DNA from: Felis catus
Taxonomy: Eukaryota
Direction of reading: 5' to 3'
DNA length: 64,000 bases
Assembly: GCF_018350175.1 (NCBI RefSeq)
Contig: NC_058368.1
Span: forward strand, 112,346,001-112,410,000
Below, in pieces: positions 38,826 to 51,218 of the stretch (position 1 is its first letter; each line of letters opens with the position of its first letter). A program made the translations under genes and the position numbers. The notes beneath the pieces were generated by a model. The model searched no databases and was not told the origin of the DNA. It was given only the letters and a program-made list of their open reading frames with translations.

Positions 38826-40225
38826 TGTGAGAGCTGAGAGCACAGAGCCTGGAGGCTGCTTGGGATTCTGTGTCTCCATCTCTCTCTGTCCTTCCCCTGG
38901 AGGCTCTGTGCTGAGGGCACAGAACCTGGAGGGGCTGCGTGGGATTCTGTGTCTCCCTCTCTGTCTTTCCCCTGGAGACTCTGTGCTCTCTGGAAGGGCT
39001 GCTTGGGATTCTGTGTCTCCCTGTCTCTCTGTCCTTCCCCTGGAGGCTCTGTGCTGAGAGCAAAGAGCCTGAAGGCTGCTTGGGATTTTGTGTCTCCATC
39101 TCTGTCTGTCCATCGCTTGGGGGCTGTGTGCTGAGAGCCTCTGTGCTGGAGGCTGCTTGGGATTCTGTGTCTTCCTCTCACTCTGTCCTCCCCTGGAGGC
39201 TCTGTGCAGAGAGCACAGACCCTGGAGGGGCTGCTTGGGATTTTGTGTCTCCATCTCTCTCTGTCCTTCCCCTGGAGGCTCTGTGCTGAGGGCACAGAAC
39301 CTAGAGGGGCTGCGTGGGATTCTGTGTCTCCCTCTCTCCCTGTCTTTTCCCTGGAGGCTCTATGCTGAGAGCACAGAGCCTGGAAGGGCTGCTTGGGGTT
39401 CTGTGTCTCCCTGTCTCTCTGTCCTTCCCCTGGAGGCTCTGTGCTCTCAGCACTGGAAGCTGCTTGGGAATCTGTGTCTCCATCTCTCTGTCCATCCCTT
39501 GGGGGCTGTGTGCTGAGAGCCTCTGTGCTGGAGGCTGCTTGGGATTCTGTGTCTTCCTCTCACTCTGTCCTCCCCTGGAGGCTCTATGCTGAGAGCACAA
39601 AGCCGGAGGGGCTACTTGGGATTCTGTGTCTCCTTCTCTGTCTGTCCTTCCCCTGGAGGCTCTGTGCTGAGAACCTCTGTGCTGGAGGCTGCTTGGGATT
39701 GTGTGTCTTTCTCTGTCTCTACCTTCCCCTGGAGGCTCTGTGCTGAGGGCACAGAGCCTGGAGGGGCTGCTTGGGATTCTGTGTCTCCCTCTCTGTCTGT
39801 TCTTCCCCTGGAGGCTCTGTGCAGAGAGCACAGAACCTGGAGGCTGCTTGGTATTTTGACTCCCACTCTCTCTGCCCTTCTCCTGGATACTCTGGGCTGA
39901 GAGCACAGAGCCTGGAGGCTGCTTGGGATTTTGTGTCCCCGTCTCTCTCTGTCCTTCCGCTGGAAGCTCTGTGCTGAGAGCCTCTGTGCTGGAGGCTGCT
40001 TGGGATTCTGTGTCTCCATCTCTCTCTGTCCTTCCCCTGGAGGCTCTGTGCTGAGGGCACAGAGCCTGGAGGGGCTGCTTGGGATTCTGTGTCTCCCTCT
40101 GTCTGTCCTTCCCCTGGAGGCTCTGTGCTGAGAGCACAGAGCCTGGAGGGGATGCTTGGGATGCTGTGTTTGACAGAGAGAGGGAGACACAGAATCCCAA
40201 GCAGCCTCCAGGCTCTGTGCTCTCA
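38826..40225 (+). repeat. SINE-derived minisatellite: ~18 units of ~76 bp plus one inverted partial unit
   Basis: Unit consensus ctgagagcacagagcctggaggctgcttgggattctgtgtctccctctctctgtccttcccctggaggctctgtg, matching the Can-SINE body; inverted copy at 40172-40225. Confidence 0.95.
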
Positions 40226-42108
40226 CCTGTCTGTCCAATAGTTACTCCTTCCCGGGTAATCTGTTTTTAATGTTTGTCTGGGGTGTTTTTACAGTTGTTT
40301 TTGTTTGCTTATTTTTGTTTGTGATTTTGAACAGAATTGCTGTGATGGTCCTATTGTGGCTCTCTCTTTAGTCCTGTTAGATTCTTAGAGCTTCTAGGCT
40401 CTGTGGCTTGATATCTTGTATCATTTTTGGAAAGCCCTCAACCACTGTCTCTTAAACTTTTGCTTGGGATCCAGTCTCTCTGTAATCTTGTTTGGAGATT
40501 GCAACTACACTTTTGTAAGACCAGAGTCTCACCATCTTTGCTGTGCCTCTTCCTTTCTCCTCTGTGTTGTTTAGTACCTTTTCCTTTCTGAAAATTTTCC
40601 TTTTTCTGACTAATGCTTCTCCAGTTTTAATGTCTTTAAAATCACGTAGGGATCTCATTAAAATATAAATTCTGATTCACTTGGCCTGTAGTGGGGCCCA
40701 GGATGCTGCATTTCTAAAATGCTCCCAGGCATAAAGAGAACATTAAAAAAAAACAAACAAACAAACAAAAAAAACAAAAAAAAAACAAACAACAACAACA
40801 ACAACAAAAAAAACTAAGGAGGTATGAATAAAGTTGGACTTGAGTGGAATTGTAACAAATATACCATATCAATATAAGATATTACTGATTGCAGTAATTG
40901 GGTGTGAGTTATATGAGAACTTTCTGTACTATATTTGCAACTTTTCTGAAATCTAAAATTATTTAAAAATTTAAAAATCTACTTAAAAAAATACCCCCAG
41001 CTTATGTCAGTGCTGCTCGTCCACAAACCATAGTATAAGCATAATATTCTAGCCTATCTTACCAATTTTCTCGTGGGTTATCTCTATTATTAAACACATC
41101 TATTGAGTTCTTAATTTCATTTATTGTATTTTTAATTTCCAAAACTTACATTTGATTCCTTTTATAACTATTAGTTCTCTGACCGATATTCTCAAGCTTA
41201 TCTCCTATCTCTTTGAAGGTAAATAGCATAGTTGCTTTTAAGTCTGTGTTGTAACTTAAACATCTGAAGCCCATGTGGGTTTATTTCTTCTCTCTATTGT
41301 TTTTCTTAATTGTCTCTCATGTTGTCATGTCTTTGTGTGCCTCTGGTTATTTTTAATCCCATGTTGAACATCATATTTACAAATTTTTTATAGAAATAAT
41401 TAGAGGACTAAGATGCAGTTATAATTCTAGAGAGGAATTATGTTTGCTTTTGCCAGATCCCAAAGCATCCCAGGAAGCCAGGGTGAGCTCAAAAGCATTC
41501 TAAGATTCAGATGAGCTACAGTCCCTGCAAGACCTACACCCCTCTTTCACCCCTACTCCCTGGGGGTGCAGATGATTTTCAGTGTCTTGCCCTGAAGCAA
41601 AGGGGGTGACTTCAGTCTTTTACTTGACAGGCCCTGGATTCCACTGCCTGATCTCCTAGGCTGCCTAAAGTCTGTTTAGACTCTAAGTCTAAGTAGTAGG
41701 TTGGATCAGTTCAGCCAGAGGCCACTGAGAGGAATGCCCTTCTCTTATTCAAGATAATTCCTGTAATGTTAGCAATACACTCTTTCTCTCTTAAGCCTTC
41801 ATAACATACAAGTCCCTCACTCAGCCCAAGTACCAGTGACTTCAAGTGGGAAGATTCAGGAAAACTGTAGGCTTTATTCTACATCCTTCTTTCTCCCTAT
41901 CCTAACAGTTTACAAATTCAAGTTGAAGAATAAAACTGGAAAAGATGTGACCCTTCAAGGCAGAAGATTAAGTACAGCTATGTGGTCCTCAAATGTCAGT
42001 ACACATGAGAATCCTTGGTATGGTTATTGAACATGCTTATGTCTGGGTCCCCTACCCAGAGGTTTTTGGCTAGAGTGTTTCCCACAAACTCTGGATGGTT
42101 TTGATGCA

Positions 42109-42987
42109 GGTTTGATCATGAGGTCTTCTCAAAATGCCTCTGTGAGCAGATTTGTGCCACGCTCCTCCACCCAGCTCAGAGCACCTTGGTGGCTTCATGG
42201 CACAGGTAGACTAATCTGTGTGATCTGGCCTCGGCCCACCCGCTTCTTTATTCCCACGCCACCCACTCCCCACTTCCACTCTGCACCCTTTTAGCCATCT
42301 GGATGACTTCTTCCTGTTTCTCTAGCATGCCACATTTAGTTCTGCCTCAGGACCTTTGCACTAGCTGTCTCCTCCATCTGGAAGGCTCTTCCCTCTGTCT
42401 CCCTTCTTTTGTCCTCAGAACTTGCTTTAAAGGACACAGGTCTTTCCCGACCCTTATCACTCTCTATTCATTTTCATTCCTTTAACAACTGCTGCCATTT
42501 GATTTGTTGGTTGGTTGTTATCTGTCCCCTCATTAAATTCGAACTCCTTGCGGGTAGGAATCTTACTCGTCCTGTTCACTGCTGTATCCTCAGTATCTAA
42601 AAGAATACCTGGCATAGAGTAGATGCTCAGTAAATATTTATCCACTACAGAAACCGAACACATGCAGGCCGTGTGGGTGCCTTCTGGGGAAGGCTGTTCT
42701 CTCTGCTCTTTAGCGAAGTCTTGAGCTGACTTATTTATTCGGTGTAAGCAGTCGCTGCTGAGCACTGAGCATGCGCTCTGCATAGGCTGCGTCTGAGGTG
42801 AGGAGTGGACATGGCGTGCAGACTGATGGAGAGACAGCCACACAGACGAATACGGGACAGTCTGGAAAATGCTGTGACCCAGCTGGGGAAGCAGAGAAGG
42901 CACGATCTTCTGCTGACCCTCAGGCAGCAAAGTCCGGGGCAGCCACAGAGAAAGATGCTTTGGGATGCGTGCATTTCCCCCTCTTGC
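42109..42987 (+). repeat. Inverted duplication, arm A (879 bp; includes an L2 3'-end remnant at ~42230-42640)
   Basis: Reverse complement of 62455-63333; mirrored ORFs in the track (42457..42930 vs 62512..62985). Confidence 0.98.
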
Positions 42988-43069
42988 TTAATGTCTCATT
43001 CGAAACTTTAGTAAGTGCCATTGAGGACAAGTGTGTGCTTCTCTTGTAGTGAATAACAAGGGAGTCTGG

Positions 43070-43600
43070 CCTAGCCTGCGAGTCAGGGAAGGATTCCTTG
43101 AGGAAGTAATGGCCTGAGCCAAGATCTGCAAGAAGGGCAGGGGATCAGAGGGGGCTGGTGCTGGGGCAATGCCAAGGGGGAGAGAAGAGGAGGGCACCCC
43201 AGGTGCAGGCATAGCTCGCGCCAGTGCCCTGCACAGAGATGACCTGGGTGTCCTGCAGGGGCACGAGAAGGGAATGTGGGGTGAGAGGAGCCCACAGGTG
43301 GGGCTTGGGGCAGGTGTGCAGAAGTCCAGCGCACAAACTTCATGGACCACATGAGAGACTTCGGTGTCTATCTCAGAATAAAATGGGAAACCACTGAAGG
43401 TGTTTATAAGCAGAATAAGAGCCATGATCGAATTTGTGTTTGGGAAGAGGACTCTGGCTGCGGGGAGGGAGACTGAGAATGACAAAGAGGGACTGAGAAA
43501 GGGTCGCAGGGAGGACATCGCAGTATCAGTGGCTGGGTCTTCACTGGCAGTGGAAGTGGAGAGAAGTGGACAAAGTTTGGAGACATTTCGGAGGGAATAC
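43070..43600 (-). mobile_element. Ancient L2 remnant
   Basis: gtcagggaaggattccttgaggaagt, gggaaaccactgaagg and gcagtggaagtggagagaagtgg L2-type motifs. Confidence 0.6.
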
Positions 43601-44077
43601 AAGTAGCACGATAACAGGAACACTCGTGTGCTGTGCTGTCTGTCACTGCCCAGCACAAAGTACCCGGGTGATTACCAGTAGTGCCATCAGCCCTTCGGAT
43701 TAGCCCAGTACGTCATTCAGAGGGGTCGGTCCCCAGACAGGCCTTCCGGAGTGACCGCAGGGAAGACGTTTCCATTCGATGCAGCTCAGGTGTGTGAAGA
43801 AGGTGGCAGGTGAACCCGGGCCCTCTGCACGTGGCCCACTCTGGGGTAACCAGGAGCTGCTGGTTCTTAGCACCCACACCGAGGAGTAGAGGAAAAGCTG
43901 CCTCCTGTCTTCTCTGTGTGCTCCAGCTGCCCTTCCTCTGTGTCCCCTGTTGTCAGCTAACTCCATGTGTTCCCTCACACGGAAGAGGGAACTTCTGATT
44001 CGCCCAGACATGGAGGCTGCATGAGCCAGGAAAGGGTTAAGTCAGCCAAGTACATTTTCTGAGTCAGGTTGCCCTTC

Positions 44078-44078
<1 letters not shown>

Positions 44079-44113
<35 letters not shown>
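44079..44113. repeat. C35 homopolymer
   Basis: 35 uninterrupted C. Confidence 0.95.
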
Positions 44114-44114
<1 letters not shown>

Positions 44115-46156
44115 CTCCTTCTCTTCCATTTTATGTTTCCTCTCTCTTCGTCATATTCCTATGCAGCTTTTTCCTCTGGATTTCCCATCCGTGGGGAGAA
44201 CAAATGACATGCTAATGCGTTCAATTGGTATCATATGTGGTCGCTTGGAGAGGAAAGTGCCAGAATGGGTAAGGGAAGTTGTGGGGCAGTGGAAAGTATC
44301 CATGGCAATGTTACCCTGTTTAGCAAACATATTAAGAAAATTTGTGCTGAGATAATCAAAGCATAACTTAGAGGTACCCTTTGGCAGGTCCACATTCAAA
44401 ACTGGGATTTTCCACTACTTGGCTACAAAGCAGAAATCATTTTCATACAGTGTGTGTCCTGAACGTTGTAGCAGTGGTGAGGTGGGCTTTCTGTCACTAT
44501 GGATAATGATCAAAGTGTCCTGTGACTTTGGGGTGTATCCGGATCTCACAACAGTATCAAATTTCATGTAAGACAAGTCCACACACCTCTCCCCCCACCC
44601 TCTGCAGTGAGATGACCTCTGGTCATGCCTGTTTCACCAAATAATTTTTATTGTTGTTTTCTTACAGATTCTGTAAGTATGTGGAAAGGGAAATATTTAC
44701 ACGAAATACCAAAAATGCTTACTCAGTGCAATCAGCATTTATAAGGAGTTGAGTCACTGGCCATCACTCACCATTGAGTGTGCCCTCACTGCTACTCATT
44801 GAAGTCCTCCTTGTTCACGCAGCAGGTGTCCCTGCATGCCTTGGTGCATTCTGAATTGCCTAGAGTTTATGTCTTGTCTAAACTTGGCCCAAGAAAAAAG
44901 ATTAAAAGCAGCAGCGTGTCGCAGTTTTCTGGAGGAAAATGGAAGGTCTGGTTTTGGGGATGGCTTTGAAATTGGCATACATTCCATTTTCTTGCACATA
45001 AAGTCCGTCAGAACAAATTAGGTGTTGGCCTGTGGGTCCTCTGGGAATTGAATCAAATTCGTCCACCAAGGAACTATGCAAAGCTCTGCGAAAATCCAAA
45101 AGCACCTAAGTTTGGGGGCTTCTAAGAAGTGGACATTGAAATCAACCAGCTTCCAATGGCAAACACAGTATGTGACCAGTCGGTAACAATTTGTTTAGTT
45201 ACAGCAGCAAATAACGTGCTGTCCTTGCTAAGTGCTGATCATTCACTGTCGAGAGGACATTTTCCTGGTAGGCTAAGTTAGACATAACCTAGGTAGTGGT
45301 ATGTATATATTATTAAATGCTGTATAAACATAAAAATTGCCCATTATCCAATTATCCTAAGGGCCATAGATAATATTTTGTTGTATGTTCTTAGGGTCTG
45401 TGTATCTCTGTGTGATGCAAACTACCCTATGCTGATGCAAACAACCTGGAAATCTGTTTCGTTGGGTTGTCACGTGGCCACTGAACTTCGCACAGGGTTT
45501 AGTATACAGTAATTATCCAATGAATTTTTGAAACAGCAAAGTGATAAGGGCAGTTTAGTCTAGCTTTGGTACCGAATCTTAATAGGCATGCCCAAGCCCC
45601 TCTATAAAACACATTGATAACATCTACTCTGTTTTCGGTGATCCTTGTAATTACCTCAGCCAGAAAAGTGATTTTTGGATTTATGGCATTCTTGTCATTC
45701 TTGTCTGTCATTCGTTCTGCCAGACTGAACCCAGGCTACTCTGACATGACACAGGCCACGTGCTGGGTCCGTGGCTGCCTTTCCAAGCCCAGAGTCTTTC
45801 CATGGAAGAACGCTAACAGCAAGGCCTCTGCGCCCAGGTGCTCGGCACGGGGAGGGAAGCATGTCAGTGTCTCCCCATCCCAAACCCCAGCATGTACTCA
45901 GGGAGCACTTGTTACAGTTCCACTTCTTCTGGCTGCCCCCCCCCCTCCTCTCCCCTGAAGTCACAGAGAGCCACCCAGCTGAAAATGGTGTGTTAAGTTA
46001 TTCAGAACACCTAACCTAAGGTGAGATCAACAACCTTATTCTGTCTCAGAAAATCTAACTGAGTCATCGTTTGGGTTAAGTCCTTTTCCAATCCATTTAT
46101 CCACCAGACCTCCCACATTGAATGTTGTAGCTTTACTTCTTCATTTTTTAAGTTAT

Positions 46157-46360
46157 GAGAAAGAAAAAGGAGAAGGAAGAGAAGAAGAGGAGGGGGGGGG
46201 AAGGAGGAGGAGGGGTGGGGAGGAGAGGAGGAGGAAGGGGAAGGGGAGAAGGAGGAAGACGAGGAGGAGGAAGACGGGAAGGTGGAGAATAGGAGGAGGA
46301 GGAGGAGGAGGAGGAGGAGGAGGAGGAGGAGGAGGGGAAGGCAGAGAAGAAGAAGGAGAC
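46157..46360. repeat. Polypurine tract with (GGA)n
   Basis: About 200 nt almost entirely A/G, including ~14 GGA units at ~46291-46334. Confidence 0.95.
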
Positions 46361-47439
46361 TATCTGGACGATGGCTCTGTGATGCTTGCTCCACTTGGTA
46401 ACTTGAAAGGGAAAGATAAAAACACGGGAGCCGGAGTCTACATGAAGCAGAATGTCACCTACTTTGTCTCAGAAGCATAGGCATCTTCAGAAGGACATTC
46501 TGCCTCCCTAGAAAATCATTTCTAGAAAATTGTCCAAAACAAAGACTTCAGATGAAACAAGCTCTAAGGAGTCAACACCAACAAAGCAGATGATTTCAAA
46601 AACCTTTGAAATGTACACAGCCACAGATCTCTTTTCTGTCATTGGTGGGGTTTCAGGTTTAGCTCACATTTACCCACCTCCCTGCAAGCAAAAGTTTCTG
46701 AGGCTGAAAGCCCATGGGAGATGCACTCTGTCAGCCGGCAAAAGGAGAAAGGGCACGAGACCACCCCGACAGAGAAGATACTGGAAACTTTCTCCCCAGT
46801 GGCTCACTCCCCTCCTGCCCAGAAATGCCTACCCCCTCGGCTGTCTGACTCATCCGAGAGCAGACAGTAAGCAATCAGGTTCGTTGATTACAAATCAGCC
46901 TATCTGGAATATAAATATTCCTTTCAAGTAGCTATATTACTCTATCTCTGAAGCATGTAGGAAGTCTGCTCCGTGTCATTTTTCCATTAAAATGTAGTCC
47001 TAACAGAATTCCAGCTACCCAGTAACATCTCCAAATCTTCACATGATTTATATGATTTGTGGCCAACTCCATGTATAAACACAGATAGAGTCCAAGAGGG
47101 ATCTCATTCTAAACATGAGTAAAAGGGGAAAGATGGGTACTTAATTACATCATCAAACGTTTTAAATCTTAGAACTTCATATTGTCAACCACACTTATCT
47201 CACATCATTGAATCACAAGAGTGCTGTAGATATATATGTTCCTTGTAATTCTGAATATTTTACATAATTTATTTCTATGATAACTGCAGGCAAGAGAGAA
47301 GGAACAGATTCCATTAACTCTGTTCTATGGCTGATGGAAGTCAGTGGTCACACCACAAATCAAGTAACCAGCACCCTACCCTTTTGACTCTCAGCTTACT
47401 TTTTTGGTTGATAGTCTCTGCTCAAAGTCATAAAAGTAT

Positions 47440-47655
47440 ATTTAAAAATTTTTTTTTGAAATATTTATTCATTTTTGAGAGACAGAGCGTGAGTGGGGGA
47501 GGGGCAGAGAGAGAGGGAGACACAGAATCGGAAGCAGGCTCCAGGCTCTGAACTGTCAGCACAGAATCCGATGCGGGGCTCAAAACTCACGAACTGTGAG
47601 ATCATGACCTGAGCCCAAGTCAGATGCTTAACAGACTGAGCCACCCAGGCACCTC
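47440..47655 (-). mobile_element. Can-SINE
   Basis: SINE body; aagtat direct repeats at the flanks. Confidence 0.9.
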
Positions 47656-49849
47656 GTAAGTATTTGAAATAAAAATAAGGAGAAAATGTATGGCCACCTT
47701 TGATTGAGGGGAAGGGCAATGCCACTCAAAGGTCAGCAAGTTCCTGTGTCAGAGTGGCCCTCTTCTTTGGCTGGGAATTTTGTGTTAAGTTACTTTGGCT
47801 GCTGTGTGGGGAGTAGACTACACCCTCAGGGTGCACAGGTAGGGGTGGGGAGGCTGTGCCACTGTTCCGGGTGAGAGACGGTAATAGCTTGGGCTTGGGT
47901 GATGGGGTGTTCGCGCTGTGAATGAAGAGCAGGAGGCTAGTTCAAGGGAGATGTGGAAGGCCAACCAAGTGGGCTTTCTGATCACGTATGGAAGGTGAGG
48001 GAACGAGAAGATGGAAAGAAGAGTGGCACTCAGGTTCCTGCATGGATGGTCTGACCATTCATTAAAATAGGAAGTTCAGGAAGAGGCCAGGGGTCCAATC
48101 AAAGAGTTTCGTCTTTAACAGACTGACAGGAGATTGAGGCTTGGAGCGGAGAGGTCACTGGGAAAGCAGACCGGGCATGTGGGCCTCACCCGCCTCACAC
48201 CTGCTCCCATCTGTGTGATAGGTTAGTGTTCTGTGTAAATGGGTTTTGGAGAAAATAGTCTATAACCACGGAAGATACTTTTAGAAACACCAGCTGTAGG
48301 CAATGGGGAGTCACTGAAGGATTTCAATCAGGGAAATGCATTGAATGGAATTGTGTTTGCATCTGCCTTAGATCAGGAGAAAGGAGAGGGAAGAGGTTTG
48401 AATCATGGCAGGGGGCCCTCACCAGCTGTTTAGATTTGGGCAAATTAGCCAAACCCTCTGGGCCCCAGGTTCTTCGTCAGCAAAGTGGACCTAGGACTTC
48501 CTTCCTCCCAGGGTTGTTATGAGAATTGTAATTAAAATGCCTAGGATAAGAAATACTTAATACGTGTTGGTTCTCTTGTCTGTGACTAAGCACCTATTGG
48601 CGCAATTCAGCAAGTGGGGTGGCTGGAGGTGATTCTAGCAGTCTCCCCAGGGAGGGGTGGGCAGAGTCCAGACTGCTGGGTTAAGTGGGTCAGGGCCACG
48701 CCGATGAGTGTGGGGTTGGAGGCCCGGATTCAAGGTGGTGCTGTTGATCGTGTTCAGGGGGAGAAGAGGAGCATTTGGAGTTTGGTCAGGTAGAGGGGCC
48801 ATCTGATAGCCATTTGTATAAACAGGCCCCGTGATCCTACTAGACCCTAAAGCCACTTTGCACTTGTCTTTCCTCATCAGCACCCACTCTTCCTCTTTTA
48901 GTCTCTGCTGCTGCCACTAACCACTGCTCAGCTCACGGCCTTCTTCCTCTTCCCAGTGCCCACGACCTCCTGAGACTCTCCACTTCTCACAAGCCACCAG
49001 CCCATGTGTAAGTGCTCTCTGTTTTAACCCCAGGACTTGGTTTCTGCCTCTCTACAGTTAGGGGTGCTAGTTGCTCAGGTGTGAGCTCTTTGCTTCCAAA
49101 GATGGGGATGTTTTCTTTTTACCTGGTTCTCTCCATGTCTAGAACCCTGCTGCCGTCTCCTTGCTTTCCAGCCACTGCCTTTGCTGTACCTCATCTCGTG
49201 GGCAGTATCCTGAGTGACAGTGGGAAGTGGGGTAGTGGCTGGCTAGCCACAGGCCGCACCAGGCAGCAGGACCTGGGCAATGGCCCTGTGACCCTTGATC
49301 CTGGTGAGGATGCCTTTCATTGGTGGGAAACCGCATGCCCCCTGTTCAGACTGTAATCAGGCTGGTGGCCGGGACGTGTGGATTCAGAGCAACATGGTAT
49401 GTCCTGAAAGCTCTTCCCTCTGAGCCATGGTGAGGCCTCTGTATGGCTTACCCGCTGCATGGCTTACCCGCTGCATGGCATGGGGTAAGCTTGGGGGTGG
49501 CCAGACCATCTTTGAACCTCCAAATCTGGGCTTCTCTTTCAGAACACCTGGCCCCTCTTTGTTTTCCTCTCTCTCCTTTTTCTGGGCTTTTGTTGCTGAG
49601 CGGACACTGTTTTAAGTCGGTTAGTTCACCTTATAAGCCACATTTTGGTCTCAGCCTAGGAGCTCATCTGTCTGGGAGAGATGGCACTATCAGCATTCTA
49701 GGGGCTGGCTGCCTCCAACATGAGTCCGCAGGCATTTTCCTGGGCTCACCCTTTACAAAGCATGTGCACGTCTCCATTTCAGAATGGTATGGCCTATGAC
49801 GTTGCCAACAAAGTCTTAGTTGATTACGAATATACAAAGATTTTTTCTT

Positions 49850-50465
49850 TTTAAGTCAGTCTTGAGGCATGATTTACATATCATAAAATGCATCCATTTT
49901 ATTTATCTTTTAAATGTTTTATTGATTTTTGAGATAGAGAGCGTGAGCAGGAGAGGGACAGAGAGAGAGGAGGACAGAGGATCTGCGCTGACAGCAGTGA
50001 CCCTGATGCAGGGCTCAAATTCACACACCATGAGATCATGACCAAAGCCGAAGTCAGGGGCTCAACCCACTGAGTCACCCAGGCGCCCCCCAAGATGCAT
50101 CCATTTTAAAAATACAATTGGATGACTTTTGACAAATGTATACTTCCCTGTAGCCAGCACCACAATCAAAATACAGAACATTTCCATCACCCCACATGGT
50201 TCTTTGTGCCCCTTGGCAGTCATCCCCCTGACCCCTAGCCCCAGGCAGCTACATATCTACTTTCTGTCAGTACAGATTAGTTTTGCGTTTTCTAGATTTT
50301 TGTACACATAAATCATACAGTATGTTTACTTTCCTGTCTTATGGTCAGCATAATGTCTTTGAGATTCATCCATATGATAGCATGTTATTAGTAACTTATC
50401 CTTGCTTTAGCTGAGCAGTATTCCATTGTATGGAAATCACACGATTGGTTCATCTCTTTACCTGT
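49850..50465 (-). mobile_element. Old L1 3' UTR fragment with nested Can-SINE (~49900-50090)
   Basis: SINE TSD atgcatccatttta on both sides; L1M-type 3' end sequence. Confidence 0.8.
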
Positions 50466-51218
50466 GTGTCCAGTGTAGGGGGTATTATGACTACAAATGC
50501 CTTTTCTGATTCTGGATGTAGCACCTGGAGTAACCATGGCTGTTGCCCTTAGAGAGCTTGAAATCTTGGCAGGAAGAGGCTTAAATGATGCGATATTCGT
50601 GGAGGTGTATTATTGGTTGTAATCAACTGCAGGGATGCTTAACAGTTGTACCAGGTGTGATAGAATAGTCAGAGAGTGAGGGAGTACAGTGGGAGGGAGT
50701 CACCGTTATTTTATCTGGGGGGGGGGTGGTATGTTAAAGCTCCATCAAGTGAATGGGGACTAAGGAGCAAGGGGCAGGGGAAGTGCTCCTGGGAGTAGAC
50801 AGGAGTGGAACACAGGAGGGAGCAATCCTGGCAGACGGGAAGGGCCATGCGGATTCCATCAGACCTGGAATAGAGAAGTTGTGTTCAGTGAGAGGAAGAG
50901 AAAAGGGCTGGAAGGCCTTGAACACTGGGATTAGAAGCTCAGAATTGATGTCCCAGGCAAAAAGAATGGAGGTGCTGTAGGTTTTGAGCAGGGAAGGGCA
51001 AAAGCTGTATTTTTGAAAGATTCCCATCATTCGTGGGCAGATTAGCTTGAATGGAGCAAAGAATGCAAGAATAGAGATAACAAACAGTAGGTGTTCATTT
51101 GAGCTCATTTTCTGGCCAGCTTCAAGGGTGGCCTCCCCAGCTGCAAAACATGCCTGGTCATAGAGTGGGGCCGAGACACAATGGGGGTGGGAAGTCGCAC
51201 AACATACCTCTGTCATGG

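Noticed and set aside
38755..40270. Long repetitive ORFs (up to 299 aa, ETQNPKQ repeats) and a superficially CRISPR-like repeat pattern
   Set aside because: These are translations of the SINE-derived tandem array in several frames. There are no unique spacers and no cas genes, and the DNA is mammalian.
42457..43656. 157-aa and 222-aa ORFs, and mirror ORFs at 62315-63139, as a duplicated gene
   Set aside because: No recognisable domain or exon structure, and they overlap L2 remnants. The mirror ORFs simply reflect the inverted duplication.
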